A stretch of DNA of 64,000 nucleotides, taken from the NCBI GenBank assembly GCA_964016885.1, contig OZ024741.1:298530001-298594000 (forward strand), in the 5' to 3' direction. The DNA is from Eledone cirrhosa. Taxonomy: Eukaryota. The notes beneath the pieces were generated by a model. That model was not told the origin of the DNA, did no database searches, and saw nothing but the letters and a program-made list of their open reading frames with translations. A program made the translations under genes and the position numbers. Positions 37,254 to 50,400 of this stretch are shown here, one piece after another; position 1 is the stretch's first letter, and the number at the start of each line of letters is the position of its first letter.

Positions 37254-38073
37254 TAAATAACAGATTAAAGTTTAAGCAAAGAATCGCTTTTATATAATTT
37301 TTATATATATTCTGGTATTTAGGGTTTGGCTATGTGTATACGGGAGTTTTGCGTCTGCGTGAATATGCAGGTTCGTACGTATGGTGGGTGTGTGTATATG
37401 TGTACTTCTTGTTTTAGTTGACTTACGTCTCCGAACATTCGTGTATTTATATGTAGGTATGTGTGTGCGCTTGTTATATACGTATTTATTTACTTATATA
37501 CGTTTATATAATTATTTATTTATTTGTTCACAAGCATACACACACACACACATATTTATATGTGCGTGGTTTTGTATACCTATGGTAAGGTTTTGCGTAT
37601 GCTTGTGTATGTACGTATTTGTTTGCGTGTACGTATTTATTTATTTCTATTACTTCTGTATGGTATTTATTTACTTTGTTCTTAACTCTGTAGCGGAGAT
37701 TCATTTGGTCTCCTAGATAGAATTTTAGTCTACGACTTCTGCTATACCATTTACGTGGTTTTGTCTTTGCGTGCTATTGTTCTCCACGCTCTACATATGA
37801 CTTATTATCTTCGTTTTTTCGTTCATTGCCAGAGAACGTCTCTATGCACCACCTAAGAGAACATTAGTCTACGACCTCTTTTATACCATAAACGTGGTTC
37901 TGTCTTTGCGCCGCTTAATTGTTTTTCACCGCTCTTATTAATGACGTATTATTCGTTTTTTCCCGTTCTTTGCCAGCGAACGTTACCACGAACCAAAGTA
38001 TTGTCTTCCTGTCTTCCTCCGGTTGCAACGTTTTTTGAAATATCCAGTTCTGCGTTTACAGATTGACTTTGTT

Positions 38074-38124
38074 AGTTTCAGAAGATCCCGTTAAGGGTGA
38101 AAGCAGCGATTCTTTGCTTAAACT
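38074..38124 (+). ncRNA. Hammerhead-like motif with CAGAAGA core variant; family also at ~1070-1130, 5935-5985, 37250-37290 and 59240-59388
   Basis: agttt-cagaaga-tcccgttaagggt-gaaa-gca..tgc-tt-aaact. Confidence 0.55.
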
Positions 38125-38159
38125 TTAATCTGTTATTTTAATAAATATACAGTATATAT

Positions 38160-38835
38160 ATATAAATGTAAAAAATGAAACGAAATTTCATTCCTCACTC
38201 TTAGTACGGCTGTTACTTAAATATAAGTATGTATACGTACATATATATATGTATACAGACGTACAGTAGTATGCATATATATACATACATACACACACAT
38301 ATATATATGTACGTATGGGTTCACCGAACATTTATTATAATGCTCGGTTTGTTTGTGAACAAACAAAAAGCCCGAATTAAGCCGTACAGTGTTTAGCAAC
38401 CATCGTTGCCCTTTTGTTCAACACTGACAAAGGAACGATGTACTAGTTTCAAGCTTATTAGCTATCGTCAGCACCGTATACCTTCCTGCCAGATGATTGA
38501 ACGTCTGAAAGTATATACTTTCCTTATGCATATTAACGGCTGAGCAGCCTAATTTGCATATCTAGTGAGTTAGTCGGCCGGGTGCACCGAAAACGATAAA
38601 TGGAAAAAATGAAACGAAATTTCATTTCTCACTCTTAGTACGGCTGCTCAGCCGTTAATATGCATAAGGAAAGTATATACTAAACACTGTACGGCTTAAT
38701 TCGGTTTTTTGTTTGTTTATAATAAATGTTCGGTGAACCCATACGTACATATATATATGTGTGCACGTATGTATATATATACGTACTACTGTACGTCTGT
38801 ATACATATATGTATGTACGTATACATACTTATATA
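38160..38835 (-). mobile_element. HHR cassette related to the 476-bp unit, with short direct terminal repeat and inverted segments
   Basis: 38170-38212 repeats at ~38604-38646; 38643-38835 are inverted pieces; shares ctaatttgcata..gtgag..acgataaa..aaacgaaatt with the 476-bp unit. Confidence 0.7.
38435..38477 (-). ncRNA. Minimal type I hammerhead ribozyme
   Basis: Reverse complement: ACGGUG-CUGACGA-U-AGCU aaua AGCU-U-GAAA-CUAG-UA^CAUCGU. Confidence 0.85.
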
Positions 38836-39769
38836 TATATATATATACACATGTATATATAAATAGATACATTTCACATACACTAGAAATACAAAAATTC
38901 ACACGCACACATACATGTATATGAACACACAATTACAAGTAGGAACGAAAACATGTGTACGACACGCATATACATACACCCAGTCACATACACACATATT
39001 CAAATACACACACAGACACATATGTGTCGATAAGTTATACAGTAAATGTTAATGGTAGTGGCGAATCAGTTCATATGGCAGGATATAGAAACTTCCGCAA
39101 CTCTTGTCATTGTGTTTCCAGATTTGTTGAGCTTCTAGCGATTCCGACGACTAGTGTCGCAGTTCAGTCAATCTACTGAACAACCTACTCGCGAAATTAA
39201 AGTGCGGGTCACTGAGCAATTCTTCAGACACGTGTACTTTTAACGTAATTCTCAGGAAGATTAAGTGAGGCACAGTGTCCGTCAATGCTCATGCAGTCAA
39301 TCTTGAATTATAGTGTGAGTTGCTGAGTATTCCACAGACACGTGTATCCATAAAGAATTCTCAGGAAGATTCAGTGTGACACAGTGAGTGACAATGCTGG
39401 TCCTTTGAATTGAAGATACACTCAATCTTGAACTATAGTATAAATGTATGAGTATTCCTCAAGCGTGGGTACCCTTAACATAAGTCTGAGGAGAATTCAG
39501 CGTGACGCAGGATATTACAATCCTGGGTTTTGAATTGTAGGTACCACTAATTTTTCTCCAGCTGAACGGACATGCATGCATGTTCCCGTAAACCCCGAGG
39601 GAGTCGTAGAGGTGCCGTATTTATATACGGCGTTTCTAGGGCATTTTAAAACCTGGCGGAGCCCATTTCCTCGCCAGGTCTGAAATCCACAGATTTCTTC
39701 TAGAGAAAGATAGAGAGTAAGAGAATGGAAGTGAGAAAGAGGTATAGAAGAAGAATCGACGCCTGAACT

Positions 39770-39885
39770 AGATGGATGAAAGGTAAAGTTGACCTCGGTG
39801 GGAGTTGAACTCGGATAGCCGAGAGCCAGAATAAATACCATAAAGCATTCTATCCGACGTTCTAACGACTCTGTCAATTCATCGC
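39770..39885 (-). mobile_element. tRNA-derived SINE
   Basis: ggatgaaaggtaaagttgacctcggtgggagttgaactc. Confidence 0.7.
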
Positions 39886-40240
39886 CTGAATGGGCAAGTG
39901 CAACATCAAATAAAGTGTCTTGCTCAGGCACCCAAAACGCAGCCGAGAATCAACCTCAGTGCAATACGATCGCCAGATAAAAACTCTAACCATCTAGCGA
40001 CGCACGTTAATAGTGTTTCCAACCAGGCTAGTTAAATTGTCAATGTACCAGTTCACCCAGCTGTGTATGAATGAATACACGGCAAACTATCTGGGTATAT
40101 TGTTAAGTTTCATATGAACGTGAAGATCTCGTTAACAACCCATTCCAACATAATTGACAAATTTACAATAGAAAATCTACAAATCTATCAGTCTATTCTC
40201 TCTCCCTTATATATATATACACACACACACACACATATAT

Positions 40241-40312
<72 letters not shown>

Positions 40313-40321
<9 letters not shown>

Positions 40322-40392
40322 CATGTGTGCGTCCATACATAGATATACACGTACATGCACATACGTGTATATACATACGCAGACACATACAT

Positions 40393-40426
<34 letters not shown>

Positions 40427-40502
40427 ATGTATGTGTCTGCGTATGTATATACACCTATGTGCATGTACGTGTATATCTATGTATGGACGCACACATGCAC
40501 AC
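40313..40502. repeat. Inverted repeat around (AT)n
   Basis: gcatgtgtgcgtccatacatagatatacacgtac and its reverse complement. Confidence 0.85.
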
Positions 40503-40557
40503 ACACACACATACACACACACACATGATATCTGTCTGTGTGTGTGTGTGTGTGTAG

Positions 40558-41387
<830 letters not shown>

Positions 41388-41834
41388 TTATGTGTGTGTA
41401 TGTGTGTGTGTGTGTGTGTGTGTGTACATATATATATATAGTGAGTAAAATCGAAGTTGCAGCTACGGCTAGCATCTTTCGAGAGAACAATCCTCAGAAG
41501 CTGGCACAAGCACTCAATGATATAATATCGATAAATAGAGAAGTGAAATCTCAGAGTAATAAACATACGTTAAAGGTGTGACAAATTGAAATTTGCGGCC
41601 GGGTAAGAAATGCCACAAAAGCCACCACAACAACGAAAATACAAACATGTTATACGAACCTGGACCTGAGCGGTGGATATTATAAAATATCTTCAATTGG
41701 TTTCTGGGAATCTTAAATCAACACTCCAAGTTGTGTAATATGCAAGTTTGTAATGTTTCGTAAGATCGAATGTGGAGTCCATTTGCCAACAGGCGTTTCG
41801 TTCTGTATACCAACACACACACACATATATATGT

Positions 41835-41871
<37 letters not shown>

Positions 41872-42014
41872 ATAAGAGAGACGGTTTTGTTCGTACATGC
41901 CTATTTTATTCGTTATACGTATTTCGAAGATGTAAGGTAGTTATATATTAAATGCCTTACGCGTTCTCTTCAGACAAATATACAAACGAGATGTAAAATT
42001 CCAATGATATGCCA

Positions 42015-42735
42015 TCAGTCGTGAATAACAGCAGTAACAATCGCTGGGTGTGGAAAACCACTCAAAGAGGACAAGTTTTCAAAAAAGACTAAGCAACTAA
42101 GAGAAAAGATATGACAGATGAAGAAAGGCAGGACAAACACCCAGAATACTGAGTACTCTGAAATCTGCAAGGCCACAAGATGTCCTATAAAGGAAGTGAA
42201 CTGACGATATGACAAATAGCGACAGCTCAAAGCCCTGGAAGAGAAAAATGATTGAATCCAATTAAAAGGAAGCAGTGGCTAGGCAAAGATAACATCATTA
42301 CTTTGTTAGAAGAGTACGACACACTTATCACTGACCTTAACAGGCTTATAAAACGGTGTGAAGAATTCTACAGCAAACTATACAGCACACGACGGCCCCA
42401 GGACCAACCATTCTCCAATAACAAAATCCTCAACAATAACTACACGATCTACTCCTATGATTCCATCAGAGACAAGAGCGAGCATTAAACGATTAAAGAA
42501 AGACAAGACACCAGACAAAGATAACACCACTGCAGGTATACTCCAGGAGGGTGGAAAGCCCATTGTCAAGGTACTCAACAGGCTCTTCAACTGGTGTTTA
42601 GAAGGATGTGTTCCCGTCAGCTGGAAGAATGCTGTAATAGTCTTAATTCACAAGAAAAATGATAAAGCAGACCTAAGAAACTACTGCCCAATCAACTCCC
42701 TAACCGCCATTTAGAAGGTGTTTTCATACATCCTA
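42015..42735 (+). pseudogene. RTE-like LINE fragment (pre-RT and RT N-terminus)
   Basis: EFYSKLYS; KDKTPDKDNTTAGILQEGG; VPVSWKNAVIVLIHKKNDKADLRNYCPINSL. Confidence 0.8.
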
Positions 42736-44311
42736 CCTACGACGATGTTCGGTGCATTAGAACAATAACTTTTAATCGGTGCTAAAGAATCGAAATTAAT
42801 CAATATCTGTCTGGCCGTATACAACTGAATGTTGATGATGACGGCTATGTGGATTGTAATGATTGCGACAAGGATGATAATAATGGCAATGATGTTGATG
42901 AATAATTTTGTAAATGATGATGACAACAATACGATGTTAACAATGGGTGTCGTCTGACCAACACAGATATCTTTCGTTTCCGCAGGTCAGATTAGCATTA
43001 ATCAACGTCATTAAAAAAAAGTTTTTTAATGCCACAGAGCATGTAATTATAATTGATTTCGTTGATCTTTCGTTCCTTTTTGTTTTCTATATTCTGACAT
43101 GAATCCATGTCTCTTCTTGACATTATCTACACTTTAACTAAATATTGTATTACTTAGAGTCAAGATATTTTCTCGTATTCTCTGCTATATTCCATAACTC
43201 TCTTTTCTAGTTCATTAGTGTAAAGCACATGATAAGTTTTGATTTATTTTTCCCATGGACTTTTTTAAATACTTGAGTGAATTCTTTTTTCTTTACTTTT
43301 CTTTTCTTATTTATATTAATACACGATAATACTTCAATAGAGATAATTGTTGCTAAATGTCAAATTGTTTCTTTGTGGTACAATAAAAGGAGCGATAGAA
43401 AATAATAAGCAGATAGAACGAGAGAGAAAAAGAAAAAAAGAGAAACAATCATGAAGGAAGAGGTAGAATGAGAGTAAGAGAGTGAGAGAAAGAAGAAATT
43501 TGATATAAAAATACAAGACCTTTATTCAAAAGGGATCTTTGTCAAACTAGCTTGGTTCATTATTGTTACCATCGTCGTCATTATAGTCGTCAGCATTATT
43601 GTCACTACCTTCATTTTCGTTGTTATCGTCATCGTTATCATTATCGACACCCCTCCTTATCTTCACAGCATTCATTATTATAATTATTCTAATAACCATA
43701 GTTATCACCATTAAAACAATCACCTCCACTGTCATTACTACCACCACTACTCTCAGTATCACATCCGTTATCTTCAATATTGTAACAATCATCAATCATT
43801 CCGCTGATGACTGCCACCAACACTATCACCCCTATCATCAACATATTCATTATCAATATCCTAATTACGATAATCCCTTCAACAAACTCCACCACCACCA
43901 CCACCACCACCACCACCACCACCACCACCACCACCACCACCACCACCACCACCACAACAACAACAACAACAACAACAACAACCACTACTAAAACTATTAC
44001 CAGCACTAATATTATCTTTATTCCCATTATAAAAATCACACAAGAAAAGCATTTTTCGCTATGCGTATGACGGAAAGCGAGATTAGAGAAGTGATATTAG
44101 ATATTAATTTAACAATGAAAACAATAACAAAGTTAAGGTATTTTACCTATTCATATAATTGTTTTACGATCGTTTCGGAGGGTTGATCATATTGACATAT
44201 TGACTGATCTATAGCAGTTATATAACTGTATACTATCAAAGACGGTTTGATCGACTCTATATATGATGTCTGAAAGTTTACAGTTTACAGACAGAGAGAG
44301 AGAGAGAGAGG

Positions 44312-44396
<85 letters not shown>

Positions 44397-44479
44397 ATCT
44401 GCAGTACTGAGACTAGGAGACCACTAATCATGGGAGTACTGAATGAATGGGAGATGCAGAGTGGGTATAGAGATATGTA

Positions 44480-44891
44480 AATTCCCGACCACGGTGCCAA
44501 TATATATATATATACGTTAAAAAACAAAAAAAAACAAAAACAATAACGAAGAGTGCAGTACAAACAGTGTTGGTATTAGGTTCACGCTTGAGAGTGGGGG
44601 TGGGGAACGACGTTTCGGGCATAAGCCGTTCATCAGGAGAAAAGTGGGAAGGAAAAGAGTTCCGAGGGTGTGAGGAGGAGTGGTGGAAAGACATTAGAAG
44701 GGAGGGGGGATTAAATGGAAGGAAAAACAATTAAGATGAGGGTAAAAAAAATTAAAATGAAAACAAGTGGTAAAAGGGTGTGAGGCGTGTAGAGGGGATG
44801 GTGGGTGGATGGATGGGGGCAGAGGTGGAGAAGGAAATAGGGGGTCGAGCGGGGAGGGTGGAAGGTGGTGTGTGTGTATGTGTGTAGGTGT

Positions 44892-44935
<44 letters not shown>

Positions 44936-47310
44936 ATATGAGTGTAAGAGTTTGGGGAAGAACGAGGTTCCATGTTCGGGTAATAGGAAAACCAGTGTGT
45001 ACATGGGGTAGGGTGTAAGTTAGTGTGTGTGTGCGTGTGGTTGGAGAGGGGTCGCAGGGGGGGGGGGGGCGGCGTCCGGAGTCCGGATGCCGAGTATGTG
45101 TATGTTAGGATACGCACGTGTGTGTGTGTGTGTTTGTGTGGTGTTGATACGTGGGAACGTATGGTTGCGCGTGTGCGAAAATAGTCTAAGTGTTTGTGTG
45201 TATGTGTTCCTGAATGTTTTGCCGGTGACTGTGTGAAACAATCCGAGTATAAAAAGGTGGATGTCTGGAGCGTGTGACCAGTGGTGTAGAATCCATGGAA
45301 TGGTGCGGATGAAGGAGAGAGTTGTGGGGCGCGCGCGCAACAGGAAGTGGTCAAGAAGGTCAGGGCAGGCGGTGGAGGAGGCAGGGTGGAGGATGTGAGA
45401 GAGAGAGAGGATGACAGTTAGGAGCATGACAGACAGGCGAGTGGTAGGGATGGTCTGTATGTGTGTTTGAAATGTGTGTATGTTAGTGAGGATGTGCGGA
45501 TCGTGTGAAAAGTTGAGGGAAAGAGTGGTGGTGATGCGTGTGGGGGGGTTGTGTGTATATTAGTGGAGGTGTTAGTAGGATGTCTGTGTGTGTTTGTGGA
45601 GGGGTGTTGGTAGTACGGAAGGAGAGAGAAGGTGCTGGGTACAGTATGAGTGAATGTAATGTACTGGTGCATGTGTGCGTGTTTGGGTATTAGTGTGTGT
45701 GTGTGTGTGGTAGGGTGGGTGTTAGTATTATTAGTGGTGTGGCTGTCGAATACGGGTGTGTGGGTGGGGGTTAGTGGTGGTAGTGCGGGTGTGGAGTGGG
45801 TTGTGTATCGGTGTGTACGTAGGTGTGGGTGAGTGTATGTATGCTGGTGTGTGTTCGTATGTGTGTGGTGAGGGAGTAGATGGATTGGGGAATGTTTAGT
45901 ATTATTAGTGGTGGGCTGGTCGGATGTGTGGGTGGGGGTTAGTGGTGGTAGTAGGGTGTGTGAATAGTGTGGTGAGTGTGGGTGCGTGTGTGATAGGGGG
46001 AGGATTTCGGAAGAGGCGGAGGATGGTGCGGTGGAGGGATATGGTGGAAGGGTGGTAGGTGAGAGGGAAGGGGAGACGGTGGGTGGGAGCGTGGGGGCAA
46101 GGGGTGAGGGTGGCGGAGCGGCGGACTGCGCGGGCGCGAGTGAGGGCGGCGTGAACGAGGGAGGCGGGGCAACCTCTCCGGATGTAATGGCTGACCAGAG
46201 ACAGGGCCTGAGTCTCGAAGTCAGCATCTTGGCTGCAGAGGCGGCGGATCCTGAGGAGTTGGGAGTAGGGAATGGAGTGTTTGGTGTGTGTAGGGTGGGA
46301 GGAGGAGGTGAAGTCGAGGTAGGAGTGGGAGTCGGTGGTTTTAAGAAGGCGGAGGTGACGAGGGAGCGGTGGGAGGAGTCGATGGCGACGGAGATGTCTA
46401 AGAAGTGGACGTGGGTGGTGGAGATAGAGGTGGTGAAATGGAGGGAGGGGTGGAAGGAGCAGAAGAAAGAGAGAAAGGGGTCGAGCTGTTCTCGGGTGAG
46501 GGTCGTGGTTCCGATGCAGTCGTCGATGTACCGACCGTACAGTTCGGCCCTGGGGCCGGTGTACTGGGCAAAGATTTGCAGCTCACCATGGCCAACGAAA
46601 TGGTTGGCATAGTTGGGCATATTCTTGTGCCCATGGCTACCCCAGTGACCTGCTGGTAAAATACGCCAGAGAAGGAGAAGCAGTTATAAGAGAGGACCAG
46701 CTCTGCGAGGCAAATGAGGGTGGGGGTGGAGGGGGCGGGGGAGGAGCGAAGGTCGAGGTAGTGCCGGAGGGCGCGTAGGCTGTCGGCGTGGGGGATGACG
46801 GTGTAAAGGGACTTAATGTCGAGAGTGAAGAGGAGGGCGTGTGGGTCGAGTGGGAAAGTGAGGGAGTCAAATAGGCGAAGGGCGTGGGTGGTGTCGGAGA
46901 TATGGAGGTAAGGGCGGTGACGAAGGGGGCGAGGATGGCGTCGAGAAAGGCGGAGATGAGTTCAGTGGGGCAGTTGCAGGCGGAGACGATGGGGCGGCCG
47001 GGGTTGTCGGGTTTGTAGATCTTAGGGAGGAAGGAGATGGTGGGTGTGCGGTGAGTGCGGACGAAGAGGTGGGAGACGGTGAGAGGGGAGGGAGGAGCAG
47101 ACGTGGTGTTGGATGGTGGAGGAAGCTTGGGGTTGGTAGAGGGGGATGGGGTCGGAAGGTAGGAGGCGGTAGAAGAGGGGCTTACGGGGCTGCCCGAGGG
47201 CTTCGGCTATGAAGAGGTCGGCACGCCATACCCCCACAGCGCCTCCCTTGTCCGGCGGTTTGTTGACGATGTGGTCGCGGTTACGGAGGGTGCGGAGAGC
47301 GAGGAGTTCG
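44480..47310 (-). mobile_element. Penelope-like retroelement remnant: frameshifted RT, 3' region with HHR core
   Basis: NKPADKGGAVGVW, IYKPDNPGRPIVS, TLDIKSLYTVIP, GVAMGT, YGRYIDDC, VHFLDISV; HHR core at ~44610. Confidence 0.88.
44608..44640 (-). ncRNA. Minimal hammerhead core of PLE type; stem I not evident
   Basis: Reverse complement: CUGAUGA-ACGGCUUAUGCCC-GAAA-CG-UC. Confidence 0.7.
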
Positions 47311-47484
47311 ATATATATATATATATATATGTATGTAGTGAAAGAGTGAAGAATAACATGGTCAATAGTACAACAAGGGTTTTATTTACAGTATTAACAA
47401 TTGTTTCATTGATTAGGGCGTCTAAAAATTGCTAATCACTTGAAGTTGTGTCACCCAATTTTAAATACATCGGATATTCCGATG

Positions 47485-50400
47485 ATTTCATTTTCCCCCA
47501 TTTTCCTTCATTTTCCTCTATTTCCTCTATTCCCTCTATTTTCCTTCATTTTCCTTCATTTTCTTAATTTTTCTCTATTTCTTCATTTTTCTCCACCTTC
47601 TTTCATTTTCCTCTATTTCATCATTTCCCTTCATTTTCTTCTACTTTCCTTCATTTTCCTCTATTTCCTCCATTTTTCTTCATTTTTCTTTATTTTCCTC
47701 TATTTCCTCCATTTGCCTTCTTTTTCCACTATTTCCTCCATTTTCGTCCATTTTCCTCCATTTCCCTCCATTTTCCTCCATTTTCCTTAATTTCCCTCTA
47801 TTTCTTTCTCTATTTTCTGTATTTCTTTTCTCTATTTTCCTTCAATTTCCACTATTTCCTCTATTTTCCTTCAGTTTCCTCTGTTTTCCTCCCTTTTCTT
47901 TCATTTTCTTCCACCTCCCTTTTCCTCCCTTTTCCTTCATTTTCATCCATTTCCTCAAATTTTCCTCCATTTTCCTTCATTTTCCTTCATTTTCCTCTAT
48001 TTTTTCCATTTTCCTCAATTTTCTTTTTCCCCTCCATTTTCCTCAATTTCCCTCTATTTCCTCTATTTTCTCCATTTTCCTCCATTTCTCACTATTTCCT
48101 TCATTTCTATCTATTTTCCTCTATTTTCCTTCTATTTTCCTTCAGTTTCTTCTGTTTTCCTCCCTTTTCCTTTATTTTCCTCAATTTTCCCTCATTCTCT
48201 CTTTTTCCTTAATTTTCCTCCACTATCCTCTATTTTCCTTCAGTTTCCTCTATTCCCTCAATTTCCCTTCATTTTCCTCTGTTTTCCTCCATTTTCCTTC
48301 ATTGTCCTCTATTTCATCATTTCCCTTCATTTTCTTCTATTTTCCTTCATTTACCTCTATTTCCTCCATTTGCCTTCATTTTCCTCTATTTCCTCCATTT
48401 TCGTCAATTTTCGTCCATTTTTCTCAATTTTCCTTAATTTCCCTCTATTTCTTTCTTTATTTTCTGTATTTCTTTTTTCTATTCTCCTTCATTTTCCTCT
48501 ATTTCCTTAAATTTCTTTTCTTTTCCTCCTCTATTTCCTCCATTTTCCTTAATTTCCCTCCATTTTCCTTCATTTTCCTCCATTTTCCTCTATTTTCCTT
48601 CAGTTTCTTCTATTTTCCTCCGTTTTCTTTCATTTTCCTCCACCTTCATTTTCCTCTATTTTCCTTCATTTTCCTTCAATTTTCTCTATTTTCCTCTATT
48701 TTCCTCTCTTTTCCTTCATTTTCCTCTATTTTCCTACCTCATTTTCCGCTATTTCATCATTTCCCTTCATTTCCTCCATTTTCTTCTATTTCTCTATTTT
48801 CCCCTATTTTCCTTCATTTCCCTCAATTTTCCTTTATTTCCCTCCATTTTCCACTATTTTCCTTCAGTTTCCTCTGTTTCCATCCGTTTTCTTTCATTTT
48901 CCTCCACCTTCCTTCATTTTCCTCTATTTTCCGTCCATTTCCTTCATTTTTTAATATTTTCCTCCATTTTCCTTCATTTTCCACCATTTTCTTTTTTTCT
49001 TTCACTTTCCTCCATTTTCTTTTTTCTCTTAATTTTCCGCAATGTTCCTTCATTTTCCTCCATTTACTCACTTTCCTTCATTTCCTCCATTTCCTTCCTT
49101 TCATTTCCCTATATTTTCCTTAATTTTCCCTCTATTTCTTTCTCTATTTTCTATATTTCTTTTCTCAATTTTCCTTCATTTTCCTCTATTCCTCTATTTT
49201 CCTTTAGTTTCCTCTATTTTCCTCCCTTTTCTTTCATTTTCCTCTATTTTCCTTCATTTTCCTCCATTTCCTCCCATTTTCCTCCATTTTCCTTCATTTT
49301 CCTTCATTTTCCTCTATTTCTTCCATTTTCCTCCATTTTCTTTCACTTCCCTCCATTTTCTTTTTTCCCTCCATTTTTTTCAATGTTCCTCCATTTTGCT
49401 CCATTTTCCTTAATTTCCCTCTATTTCTTTCTCTATTTTCCTCCCTTTTCATTTATTTTCCTCCATCCTCCATTTTCCTCTATTTTCCTTCAGTTTCCAC
49501 TATTTCCTCCATTTTCCTTCATTTTCCTCTATTTCCTCTATTTGCCTTCATTTTCCTCTATTTCGTCCATTTTCGTCCATTTTCGTCCATTTTCTCCATT
49601 TTTCTTCATTTTCCTTAATTTCCCTCTATTTCTTTCTCTATTTTCTGTATTTCTTTTTTCTACTCTCCTTCATTTTCCTCTATTTCCTTAAATTTCTTTT
49701 CTCTTCCTCTATTTCTCTATTTCCCCCTATTTTCCTTCATTTCCCTCAATTTCCTTCATGTTCCTCCATTTTCCTCTATTTTCCTTCATTTTGCTCCATT
49801 TTCTCTATTTCCGTTCATTTTCCTATATTTCTTCCATTTTCTTTCATTTTACTCCATTTTCCTTAATTTCCCTCTATTTCTTTCTCTATTTTCTGTATTT
49901 CTTATCTCTATTTTCCTTCATTGTACTCCATTTTCCCTCATTTCTCTCTATTTCCTTTCATTTCTCTCTATTTTCCTTCTATTTCCTCAATTTTCCTTCA
50001 TTTCCCTTCTATTTTCCTTCAGTTTCCTCTGTTTTCCTCTCTTTTCCTTTATTTTCATCCATCTTAATTTTCCACAATTTTCTTCCATGTTCCTTCAATT
50101 CCTCCATTTTCTCCATTTTCCTCTATTTGCCTTCAGTTTCCTCTATTACTTCCATTTTCCTTCAATTTTCTCTATTTTCCTCTATTTTCCTTCATTTTCA
50201 TTTGTTTTTCACCCTTTTCCTTCATTTTCCTCTATTTTCCTCCCTTTTCCTTCATTTTCCTCTATTTCATAATTTCCCTTCATTTCCTCCATTTTCCCCT
50301 ATTTTCCTTCATTTCCCTCCATTTCCTTCAGTTTCCTCTGTTTTCCTCCGTTTTCTTTCATTTTCCTCCACCTTCCTTCATTTTTCTATATTTTCCTTCA

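Noticed and set aside
41450-41505. Minus-strand CUGAGGA...GAAA motif
   Set aside because: Stems II and III do not pair convincingly
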